Shown one piece after another: positions 12,739 to 24,099 of a stretch of 64,000 nt of DNA. The notes beneath the pieces are model-generated. The model searched no databases. It was not told the DNA's origin and saw only the letters and a program-made list of their open reading frames with translations. A program made the position numbers and the translations under genes. How positions within the stretch are numbered: position 1 is the stretch's first letter; each line of letters starts with the position of its first letter. Origin of the DNA: Ruditapes philippinarum (Eukaryota); contig NW_026867008.1 in NCBI RefSeq assembly GCF_026571515.1, positions 1 to 64,000 of the forward strand, given 5' to 3'.

Positions 12739-12931
12739 GTCACTGAATATAAATGACTTGCTCTCACCCTTTGTAGCTTTGAGTCCCATGAAAAACTTCA
12801 AATTGTTACATGGTGAAGAAAGTTCAACTAGAGTTGCCCCATTGTAACATATATAATGCAAATAGTGGCCCTTAAACAGTTAAGCTGAAAGCATTGTCTT
12901 TACATTGTCAGTGTGATTTAAAAAGAAACAA
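12715..12931 (+). mobile_element. Degenerate tRNA-derived SINE (Meta-type) continuous with the 35-bp array
   Basis: gggctctatgggagaatggtttaagtcactga...acttgctctcaccctttgtagctttgagtcc (decayed B-box)...catggtgaagaaag...aagctgaaag...tgtcagtgtgatttaaaa + A-rich tail; body similar to 61365-61530. Confidence 0.6.
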
Positions 12932-13955
12932 AACAAGAGCTGTCACCCAAGTGACAAATGCCCCCGAAAAAGTTTCTTAAGCATGCAGGTATTATGAAAG
13001 AAAAGAGAATGAAAGTAACTTATTGCTGAATATTGTTCTTTGTATTATTGTACCTGTAATCTCTAATTGTGATAGCATGAACCTTCAAAATATAAGTGTG
13101 ACCTTGACCTCTGAAGAAGGGACGTGGTTCCTAGACGCGACAAAATGTTGTTATGAGATAAGACATTTGTGCCAAATTATTTCAAAATCCCTCAATGCAT
13201 GACAAAGTTACCGTCTGGACATGATTGTGGTGTAAGTGGGGACACACGGACATGAGCCTTAGCCACGACACATTGTCTTGATGTGGTAGACATTTGTGCC
13301 AAGTTATTTTAAAATCCTTCCATGTATGACAAAGTTACAGTCCGGGCATGAATGTGTATCTTCAAATTCTTCTCGAGAGAATGAGTACCTTCAAACTATA
13401 AGTGTGACCTTGACCTTGAAGGTAGGGACATGGGTCTTTGTCGCTACATGTTATCTTGATGATGTAGAAATTTATGCCAACTTATTTTAAAATCCTTCCA
13501 TGCGTGACAAAGTTACAGCCTGGACATGATTGTATGTACCTATTAATTCTAAATGTGATAATGTGAAACTTCAAAATGTTAGTGTGACCTTGACCTTTGA
13601 GGTAGAGACGTAATACTTTGACGCGAAACATCGTCTTGATGTGGTAGAAATTTTTGCCTACTTATTTTAAAATCATACGATGCATGACAAAGTTACAGCC
13701 CGGACACGAATGTGTGTACCTATTTACTCAAATTGCAATAATGCAAAACTTCAAAATGATAGTGTGACCTTGACCTTTGAGGTAGGGACGTGGTTCTTGG
13801 ACGTGACACATTGTTTTGATTTGGTAGACATTTGTGCCAAGTTGTTTTTAAAATCAAATAATGTATGACAAAGATACAGTCCGGACACAAATGAAGTGGG
13901 ACAGACGGACGGACTGACAGTGCGATTATATTATGCTTCCCTTCGGGGGCATAAA
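12932..13955. mobile_element. Helentron-associated (HINE/pearl-like) non-autonomous element with ~180-bp internal tandem repeats
   Basis: Starts aacaagagc; subterminal inverted repeat atgcccccgaa / ttcgggggcat; 'gtgtgaccttgacct' recurs at 180-bp spacing (13402, 13582, 13762); (gacg/acag)n microsatellite and terminal hairpin before A-run. Confidence 0.85.
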
Positions 13956-14101
13956 AATGGTACTTGATCTAGGTCTACATTTTACCTAACAATACATACA
14001 TTGCAGTTATATGTACAAATTAAAAGAAAGAAAAATAGTCCTTTTACCATTTATTTCTTGGAGATAAAAAAATTGTCCAAGCCCTTTAACTACAACATTA
14101 T

Positions 14102-14688
14102 AACAAGAGCAATCAGTGATCACATGTGTCGCCTCATAATGGCCAATTTCATGTTGGGACAAGTTTTGTGACAGACGGACAGACAGATGGACAGTGCACA
14201 ACTAGACTTGGTACTGATCGTTCCTGTAAAGTTTGGATGAAATTGCACCAGTAGTTTATGAGGAGTAGTCCTGACAAGCTTTTGTGTATCTGGCAACACA
14301 CAGAAAAAAACACCTTTTTTATCAAAGGGCCATAACTTGGCCAAAAATCATTCAACCGGAAAACCCGTGCAATATGCACAAGGACTTGAGCTACAGATCA
14401 ATCCTGTAAAGTTTCATTGAAATTGCATTAGTGGTATAAGAGAAGTAGTCCAGACAAACTTTAAAAATAAAAATTATTAAAGGGCCATAACTCTGACAAA
14501 AATCATTGAACCGGAAAATGCTGACAATATGCACAACTAGACTTGGTACTGATCATTCCTGTAAAGTTTGGATGAAATTGCACTAGTAGTTTATGAGGAG
14601 TAGTCCGGACAAGTTTTGTGACGGACAGACAGACGACATAGAAGTGATCCCTATATGTCGCCACTACTCCGTAGAGGCGACACAATAA
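14102..14688. mobile_element. Second HINE/pearl-like element
   Basis: Starts aacaagagc; subterminal IR tgtgtcgcct / aggcgacaca; internal ~155-180 bp repeats (cctgtaaagtttggatgaaattgcac); gaca microsatellite and terminal hairpin. Confidence 0.85.
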
Positions 14689-15240
14689 ATTAACAGTAGA
14701 ATTAATGAAACATTAAGGTCAGCAAAATTGTGTAAACATAATTATTCAAACTTAATGAGAAAATGCAAAGTAACACTTCTTTATAATTATAATATACATG
14801 CAGTACAATACTGTGATAAAGGTACAACCAAAATGAACATTTTCAGTAATTTTCAAAAAATTTATCAGTCTATTTAGTTTAAAAATGTTAGAAATGTGTT
14901 CTAAATTCTTATATAAATTATGTAACCTGATGATACGACCAAATTAGGTTAAACTGAAATTATGAATACTATATACCTAACTGGGAGCATAGGGCATAAT
15001 TTTTTTAAAGGAGACAAATGAAGAATTTTATTATTTGATACAAAAAAAAAATGTTCCTTTAAACCCAACATTTCTAACAGTATTTACTATTATATAATAC
15101 TATGTGTAAACACTATAATTCCAAGTTGGCACTACTAAGCCTGCTGGAGATATCCATCTCTTGTTATCTATGACATCTCAATTTATTTACAAATCCATTT
15201 AATGATGACTTATTTAAGCACAGATTACTTATAAATGTCT

Positions 15241-15749
15241 TTATTTCATTAGCTCAGTGATAACAGTATTTAGTTGTTGTGTAAATGCCCTGAATGAAAA
15301 TTTATCTTCCACATGTTTTTTTCCAGCTTCACCAAGTTTTCCTGCTAATTTTGGATCATCTACAATTCTTTCCATTGCTTCAGCAAACTGGTCAGGCAAT
15401 CCTTCTCTTAGATAACCAGTTTTTCCATCAACTACAGTTTCTAACGGGCCACCACTACTGCAAGCTATAACAGGACATTTCATATACATAGCTTCTATTG
15501 GCACAATCCCAAAATGCTCCTTATCTGGTGTGTATATCAAACAATCACAATGCTCCAGCAATAAACGTTTCTGTCCGTCACTAATAGATCGTAAGAATGT
15601 TACATCGTCATTGATACCTAATTTATCACACAGTAATCTAAGTTCTAGATAATGTTCCTTATTTTCTACAACTCTCTCATCATAACCACCTGCCATTATT
15701 AAATGAATTCTATCACCTGTAGATTTGGAGATCTTATCCTTCAGTTGAC
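15241..15749 (-). CDS. ALG2: Alpha-1,3/1,6-mannosyltransferase ALG2, exon 3 (terminal)
   Basis: Acceptor ttttactatag|; encodes AGGYDERVVEN...YTPDKEHFGIVPIEAM...SGGPLETV (GT-B EX7E motif); stop TAA. Confidence 0.95.
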
Positions 15750-16240
15750 CTATAGTAAAATAAGAATCAAACCATTAATCGTCTTCATAACTAATTAAAA
15801 ATGTGAAGCTAATAAATGAAAGTTATTTATTCTTTAACATACTGTTACATGTCACATTTTCAACATGTCAGTTTGTTGCATTAATCTATTTTTACCATTG
15901 GGGACTAGAATATCTGTAGAACTTATGTGCCACACATAATTGTGTTTTGTATGAAGGAAAATAATAACAACAGCACAACTGACAGAAGTAAACTAACTCT
16001 ATCTGAGAGTTTGGTAAGCATTCTTTGTATTTCATTTCATAGAGTATAGCTCAATACCATATAGCCGCAGTACTAAGTTTTTTATGTACTTGTGTATGAT
16101 TCGGTGTTTGTGTGACAAAGCATAGGATTTTAAATCAACTGAGTAAAACAGTACATCTGTTTTACTAAAAGGTTGTGAAAATATCAAAATATGTTCATGA
16201 ACTTCATTTCTACATCAACTTATTAGTTTATGCAACTTAC

Positions 16241-16441
16241 CAAATGCTTGAATTGCCAGTGCTAAGTTTTTCTTTCGCTCATATCTGTTGATAGACAGGA
16301 ACACAAGATTTTTGTTGGTGGGCATAATGTCATCTATATTCTCTTCTACTGGCTTATTAAATGCTGTAAAGTCTGGTATTGGATACAACACTGATGGTTT
16401 ACAGTTTCTTAGTGATCTAAATGTATCTTGGAAAACAGAGG
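16241..16441 (-). CDS. ALG2: ALG2 exon 2
   Basis: tttttacag|...|gtaagt; ASVFQDTFRSL...VLYP...FLSINRYERKKNLALAIQAF. Confidence 0.95.
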
Positions 16442-17315
16442 CTGTAAAAAGGAAAGAAATTATTGTCGATAAGCAAATATTATTCACAACATTTTTATTA
16501 TTTTCCTAATTTTATTTCTTTTTAGGGAGGTCAGGTACATATCCTGATCCGGATATTCAAAGTATGCTGCCCAGTTTCCCGCTATTACCCAGCTTCGCTC
16601 AATCTTTACTATGAGAAATGGGGTACACATCAGGTATATCTGGGTCAGAATTTGTATACATGTATGTAATGTCGGGAAATTTAAGAAGATAGTGCAAATA
16701 ACTACTGAAAGTGCCTACCTACAGACCTTTTGGATTAAATTTGGACCTGTAAGCGAGATTATTATAGCTCTGTCTTTTCTGTTTCAACTGTTTGCATGCA
16801 CTGACATTAGTTTGTTATTAAGAAAAAGATCAATTAATGTTCCAAATCGTCTTCTTACAGCTTGGTCAAGCAATGTCTGACCTAGACAAAAAATGCATTT
16901 CGCTTTAAAATTCCATCTTTTGTCGTACCAACTGGTCTAATATTGTACATTTTCGAAAGAGAAATCATTTCTGCGTACATTGCACTTTATTTGGTGAAAA
17001 TTGGTTGACAATTAACAAAGATCTGGGAGGTAAAATAAGGCCTGATGGTAGTTCCGCTGGCGAACCTTTCTACCTTTACTATATTTATAGTATATATGTA
17101 TGAAATTTTTAAAAATAACTTGCCTTTGTTGTTTTATTAAAAAAAAACCTTTTTGAGATAAACAAATATTTTATAAGTGAAAAAAATATTTTATTTATAA
17201 AAATATGGGGGCGTGGTCATGTACATGTTTACTTTCCAAGCCACGCACCGACTGCCTTTGTACTGTATGTATATATACACAACTCAATTAAAGCTTTCAA
17301 ACCAATAATATAAAT

Positions 17316-19155
17316 CAGGGTTTTACATCTCTTTGAAATTTTAGGGGTCCAGTGGATGCACAGCCTAGAAAAGTAGGGGTCCAGGCCTGAATTTTAGGGG
17401 TCCAAAATTATTTTCACTATAAAAGACTATGAAGACCACTCTATTTTGCTTAAAATCATTTATTTACCCTGCAAGAGATATGCATGTAAATTGTACTGTT
17501 TTCATAATTAGAAGTATATGATTTCAATATCTTTTATCACTAGGTTTTTTATAGCCCTATAGTAGCCCTTTGTGCTATTTCCAAGGCTTATAAGTCTTTG
17601 AGTGGCTGGAATGTCAAGTTTTAGTAGCATATTTTGTTATTGATAAAGGTGATTACACCAACAGACTGAAAATTTGTACTGATCTATTTGTAAATATTTT
17701 AGCTGAACTAGTAAACACACAATATATAACTTTACAGACCAGTCAGCTAAATATGTTGCGTTTTTAAAAATATCATATAACAAAAGGCTGACGAAACCGC
17801 TTTTGCACCTCCTCATAAGCTGGGGCATACTTGATGTCCCAGTCAAAAGTTAAGTTCGCCGAAACCATTATATTTATAACACCAACGATAATAACATACC
17901 CAGTGACTTAATTTCTATAACACTATGAAAATAAGTTTGCAAAAAGCACTGCCTTTTTTATTATTGCCGTTCATGTACAAAATACATTCGCATCGACATT
18001 GGATACGCTAACCAATATTAATTGCTTGTTATAAATAGTCTGTCTAAATATAGCAACAGAAAAACCAAAAACAGCTACCTAAAATAGATTTTACGGTAAA
18101 CGTCATCAGTTACTGTAGCTTGCACGACAAACGTCATCAGTTTCTGCAGCGGGCACTTGCAAAGAGCATGCGCAGTAGATTTCAATTATGTTAACTTCCG
18201 AAATAAACAATGCAAGCATTTTCTGCTCGCTGTATTAGATTTAAATGGAATTTTGTGAGCTTTGAGAAGAACAGGCTTCACGAAAGTTGCCAGACCGTCG
18301 GACATGTCCGACAAAAATCAGGCCGGTCCGATATTTTTTTCCGAGTTCCGGACCTTATGTCCGGTACGAATACCGGGATATATCCAAGACTGATCAAGAC
18401 AGAGTTTTTTCCCTTGAATAAAAAAATGTAAAACGAGTTTTGATTCGCCGTTTCATTTTTAGTGTCCAATCAAATTCTAGATACATAAAACTTTCGATGA
18501 TCTTGTACTCGGAAGAGTTACTGCATTATTAAATTATTACGTTGGCGCTACGCCAGGCAAAAAACGTAAATTATCTAATGAAGGAAAAAACGAAACAAAA
18601 GAAATACGAGTCCAGGCGCCTGCCGAGAAAATTTGTGGGTAAATGGAAAAATGACCGCTCGTGGTTGGTTTTTAACGAGGAAGAAAATAAGATGAAATGT
18701 ACATTGTGTCATAAATTTTATAAAGATCATATGATGATGATGATTTTGATCATGAATGTTTAAATTTCCAGACAGAGTCCATCAATCTGGATAAACTGAT
18801 GTTTTATTTAAGAGAATAAAATTGTGTTGCAAATCTTTAAAAGTTCCTATGTCTTTAAAAAAAACACAAAGGTACTACCATATACATATATTTGGAAAAA
18901 AAATTTGGTCACACAAAAGTTCTTTCGGTCAGACAAGAATTGAAAGTTTGTCTGACCGAATGTCAGGCAAATGTTTCAGCAGTTTCGCGAAGCCTGGAAG
19001 AAAGAGATAAAATCATGTCGGGCCAGAAACAATAATATCTATTGTCTAGGATTATTTTTTGTGCGTACACTTGGACGCAAGTGGATAACTTATATGCGTA
19101 CATGTCAAAATTTATGCGTATAGGGACGCAAAATTCTGCGTCCCGTAAAACCCTG
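17316..19155. mobile_element. Non-autonomous hAT-like DNA transposon with 6-bp TSD (host of a nested element)
   Basis: Perfect 11-bp TIR cagggttttac / gtaaaaccctg; ATAAAT directly on both flanks. Confidence 0.8.
18272..18996 (+). mobile_element. Nested hAT-like deletion derivative with 6-bp TSD and transposase N-terminal zinc-finger remnant
   Basis: TIR caggcttcacgaaa / revcomp caggcttcgcgaaa (13/14); GAAGAA on both flanks; ORF 18542-18763 has RKFVGKWKNDRSWL...MKCTLC (TTF-type zinc-finger start typical of hAT transposases). Confidence 0.85.
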
Positions 19156-19244
19156 ATAAATAATTGAGAGTCTTTCTTCTTTTTACAACTGGCTGGAAAA
19201 ACAATTACCACTGTTACCTAATCCTGAACACTAAGTGACGACTT

Positions 19245-19430
19245 AGTGACAGCGTGGCCAAGAGGTTAACGCATCAGACTATGAACTAAGGATTGCTGAC
19301 TGCATTAGTAATTGGTTCCAACCCTGTCAAGGGCAAGCCGTTGTTTCCTTCAGCAAGAAACTTTACGTTCATTGCTTAGTACTGGTTGGTTCCAGGAATA
19401 GATTCAAGAGTGTTTCAATAAGCTTATAGC
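19245..19430 (+). mobile_element. tRNA-derived SINE (CORE-like) in ALG2 intron 1, antisense to the gene
   Basis: A-box gtggccaagaggttaa, B-box ggttccaacc, CORE-like tccttcagcaagaaactttac, tail shared with 3878-3998. Confidence 0.7.
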
Positions 19431-19479
19431 TTCCAACACAAACGTACTTAAATAAATTTGTATGAACTAAGTGACTTAC

Positions 19480-19975
19480 CTGTGAATTTACTATTAACAA
19501 GAACAATATGTGCCATCCCAGTTGTCCATTCTTCTAATAAGTCTATTGGAGCTCTGTAAATTCTTTTTAAAATTGTATCTCTCTTGGCAAGTAGCATATC
19601 AGGAAAATGACAATAAAACAGAATTTTTCCTTTTGAACACTTCAATATTGGCACACATGCAGATATTTGGTCACAGAAAACTATGTCAAAGCAAATGTCG
19701 CTGAAAAACACCAAATAGATTGCTGCATATATCATGCGTATGTATGCACATACAGCATAAAAACGTCCAAAAAAATTTCTTGGTAGCCAGTCACCTGCAA
19801 CAGTAACTTTGAAACTGCCATCTCTAGTTTCCTGAAAACAATGATTAGGGTCGTGATGAGCTGTCAAAAATTCAACTTCATGACCCCGAGATTTTAAAGC
19901 CAATGCTGCATCTACTACGGCCTTTTCTGCTCCGCCAATACCCAAATCTGGGTGAAGAAATACAATTTTTGGCAT
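19480..19975 (-). CDS. ALG2: ALG2 exon 1
   Basis: MPKIVFLHPDLGIGGAE...FYCHFPD...VNSKFT|gtaagt; three exons sum to 1206 nt = 401 aa + stop. Confidence 0.96.
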
Positions 19976-20400
19976 TTAAGAGACTATTATTTTGCTTTCA
20001 ACATAAATCAAGACAAAAATCAGAAAATATTGCAAGAAAAAATGTACATTTCGTGTACAGGAAGTCGACACCGTTTCTCGCCTTCAATTAAAAACCTATA
20101 TTTTTGAACCACAAGTGAAATATGTAACCTAAAGAATTGAAAATATAATCAAGGGTATACATATATAATTTTCAAACACCTCGCGGGTATTCATATTCTT
20201 TTTTATAATAAAAAATGGATTTTTAATGCAATTTCATTATTAGTAAATCAAATATTGTTGTTTTTTTTACAGAGTTGCCAAATTAAGCACGAAGAAATTT
20301 ACATATCTCCAAAATGTGGATGCTTTAAGAGCATTTCCAGTGGTACCAATGCAACAAAAAAAATGTTACACACGGTTACCTCTACCCCTTGAAGAAGTTA

Positions 20401-20451
20401 CCTTCAGCACGGATTTATATTACATAATGTAATATAAATCCGTGCCTTCAG
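20401..20451. mobile_element. 37-bp palindromic transposon remnant with 7-bp TSD (P-element-type excision footprint)
   Basis: CCTTCAG + cacggatttatattacat-a-atgtaatataaatccgtg + CCTTCAG. Confidence 0.75.
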
Positions 20452-20709
20452 GTTGTACTCCCGTATATTTTAATTAGAGAGGAATTCCTTAAAGAGCCAT
20501 TATATACTTATGTTCACTTTAAGTGCAAAGGGAATAATTAAGGCAATGGAGATAAGGTAATCATAACTAGATAGATCGATATTTATTCAGGTTAAAACAC
20601 ACATATACCTAATACAAACACTTATGCATTTTTATATATCAGTTATAACACAGTTGTAATAAGATAATTCGGAAGTTTGCCAAACATTAATATCACAGGA
20701 GGCTCATTA

Positions 20710-21321
20710 AATAATAAATATTATTATATGATCTAAATATAGCTGCAATCTCATTGGTCCAAACAGTAGTCAACAGAACTTTTTATAAAATCATATTTAC
20801 TGGGTGTAGTATCATATTCAATGGCTGAATTGGATTTTCCCAGCCTAAAAATAGATTGAGACTCATATTCAATGACCATACACCGTAGACTGTTAATTAC
20901 GCGTGTTAATTAAAAAATAATTGTTGCTTTTTTTCTTTATGGCATATTTCTCAATTAAAATATTAATACTTTACTATTATACTTAAGGGTTACAACGCAA
21001 TAATGAGTATAAACTTGAATTATTTTTGTATGCGCAGCGTTTGCGTAGTCGTTGCACGCCTAACACGTGCGTCTTTCTTCCCGCGCTTCAACGAGGCAAA
21101 ATTTGTACATGTATAATTATAAGGTTGCACTTTTGTGATTTTTTTAATTTCTTAGCCTATTCATATAATAAAACAATTATTGACTAGTGAACCATTGAAT
21201 ATGATGTGATATTCACCGGCAGAAAGTCATATTGACCTCGGCTATCACCTCGGTCAATATGTCATCTGCCGGTGAATATCACATCATATTCAATGGCTCA
21301 CTAGTCAATAATTGTATAATA
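20710..21321 (+). mobile_element. Hairpin-ended non-autonomous element (tentatively Crypton-type)
   Basis: ~65-bp near-perfect stem 21173-21237 / 21252-21315 with loop tcggctatcacctc; partial arm copies at ~20810 and ~20863; left boundary approximate. Confidence 0.55.
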
Positions 21322-21499
21322 ATATTAAAGAACAAACTATAAAAAAAAATATATTTCAGACAAGACCAAATTTATCATTCTTTCCCTTGACTAGTTTCAG
21401 TAAAGTATGAGTAATTTATGTTTTATTACAGAATATAATATAAAGTTCTTTGTTTAGACTAGTGTATTAAGTTTAAAGAAAACCATTCAATTACATTTG

Positions 21500-22510
21500 G
21501 AGTTATGCTCTGATTTTTTTAAAGTAACTGATATTAAAGGGGAATAACATTAAAAGTAGACAAGGTAGAGTTATTTTCTTGCATACTGCACTTCTCATCA
21601 ATGTAAGTGTTTTAAGTTTGAAGAAATATCTCAAGTAGTTTCGAGTTATGCTATGGACGACTTTTTCCAAAAGAAATCTGAAACATGAGAATAATTCTAA
21701 AAATAGGCAGGATAGATTACTTCCTCCCAATGGGCTCTTTCAGAGTATGCAGTTTAAAGAAAATCGCTCGAGTACTATTTTGGTGTTATGGGGTTATTCT
21801 CTGGACAAATTCACTTCACTTCCTACCAATATGCCATGTCAGCTATTAACCCATTAATGCATGGGCATTTTTTGAAAAATGGCTGTTTTCATTGAAATAA
21901 TTGATTATATTAAAGTTATTCCCCCTTGACATATTTAAATGAAATGGAAAAATGCAAATGAACAAATGAGATATTAAGAATGGTCTCTGTCCATCCATCC
22001 GTCCTAATTTGTCCAGAGTATAACTCTAAAAAGTACTTCAAACTGCATATTGAAAATTTATAAGTTTGAATTGAATCCTTTAAGTTCTTTTGGAATTGTA
22101 CTCTAGACAAGACCTTTAAACCTTTAAAGCAAATCCTTTTTTAAAATCGAAACTGTTTAAGGGGAATAACTCTAAAATAGACAAGGTAGAGTTTTTGTTC
22201 TTGCACATTGAACTTTCCACCAACGTGCTTATACAATTTATTAAGTTTGAAAAAAATCCAAAGTAATTTGGAGTTATTGAGTTTTTCAAGTATACCTGAT
22301 AAAGGCGAATATAACTCTAAAAGAAGGCAAGGTAGAGTTAATGTACTTGCACACTGAACTTTTCTCCCAATATACTCTGTCAGTGTATGAAGTTTGAAGA
22401 AAACAGCTTTTGTATTTTTGGAGTTATTCAAAATTGGGACGGGGGACGCAAGTACTCACAAACCGATGAATATCATTTCTTATAACCTCTTGCATTGATG
22501 GATGGATAAA
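21500..22510. mobile_element. Decayed, interleaved HINE/Helentron-type fragments, plus a ~50-bp left end of the piggyBac-like MITE (21850-21897)
   Basis: Recurring 'ataactct...gacaaggtagagtta...cttgcacactg...aagtttgaa' units; ttaa-cccatta...aaaaatggctgttttc matches 47789-47840. Confidence 0.55.
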
Positions 22511-24099
22511 AGTACCATTAAACGGACCATACTATTTGTGTCTGCATTATAATAAACATTTGTACCAAACGTGAAGCAATGGTACAAATGACACCCCAGC
22601 CGACTGGTCTTTATCATGAATTGTGTTCTTAGTTTGGTCCAGTTTTTAATGTAATTTGTATTGCTATTATTAAATATCATCCAAAAATGGATTTGTTTAT
22701 TTGCAAAGCTGTACTTGTTTACATTTTGTAGATGGGCAATATTATTTCAGCTTAATATGACCAATTAAGTTTCATACAACAATGAATATCATATCGGGAT
22801 CGCCTGTAGTCTGTCTGCAAATTAATCTACCAATGGCAACTTATGTCCGTAAACATTGGAACCATTAGAATTGTACACCTGTCACGTGTATCTGGTCTAT
22901 TTTGTCCATAAAAACTCACATGGACAAGCATTATACACGATCTTTAGTTTAGATCTGACTGAAGGGTTTTGTCTAAAAAATTATTAACATTCATGTATTC
23001 TATCTAATCTATGCACAAAATTTATGCCATATTTTTTACATATATGTACATGTACATCATATTTTATCAATTTATTTGTCAGGAATCGTAGTTTTCATAA
23101 GTAATAAGTTATATAAAAAGACATCAGTTTATTGACTGAAAAATAACTTAAATGTGACTATTATAATGGTTATCTAAAAACATCTGTTTCTATGAGCCAA
23201 AATGAACTCCATAATCACCTCGGATTTAATACGGATTGAAAGTATTTCTACCGAGTGCACGTTTTAGATGCAAACAAGAACAGACCGAGAGTGTAAATAA
23301 CGAATGTATGTACACGTATTTGACATCCAAAGGAAAATAAAGTCTGTTTCGGTACAATTATGACTGAAAATACATGTATGTCTGACACATATAGTGAAAT
23401 TAAAGGAACTCACAAAGGGTCAAAAGCCTAAACACATTAAATATGAATTTCTGAAGTAGAACATCTTAGGCTCTTAACGATCCTGTATGTTGTAATTGGG
23501 GTTGTATACCGCACTTAAGTGAAATTATATGTATGTATATAATTATGCTTATAAAACAATTTTCAAACATCGAATAATATGTAAAATATTTACTGCAAAT
23601 ATTTGTACATATAATATGTAATCATCAAAATATATGCATTCATTTCCTATTGAAAAATTTGACTAAGACTTTTATAAAATAGAATTTTTTTACCTCCCTT
23701 TATTTACATGAAATGTTAATTCGGTAATATCTATATTATAACGCTTTTTGGAACTTACAGAATTGATCAATCTTAATTTGAGCATCATATTTATGATATA
23801 AAACCATAAAAAATGTGTTACAGGATCTTTAAAACAGAAAGATATACAATGGATGATTAAGAAATAAACCCAGAAATAAAATGAAAAACGTTTTCATTCT
23901 CCGAGTCTAAAAAATTACTATAAAAACCATATATTACTCGAACAATATTTTCTATATACACATTATTTTCAATTTATCAGTTAATTGATGTTATCGGCTA
24001 TTTTGCATATTTACTTAAATATAAATATAATTTAAAAAAAACATGTTCTTATTATAATTCAATAGTATGGAAAAGCGGTTAAATTATTACGAACTATCA

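Noticed and set aside
16520-17260. Possible mobile element in ALG2 intron 1 (ORF 16611-16880)
   Set aside because: No TIR, TSD or recognisable protein motif found
19245-19335. tRNA genes here, at 3878-3945 and at 47020-47095
   Set aside because: A/B boxes are present but stems are broken, and each continues into SINE or LTR sequence
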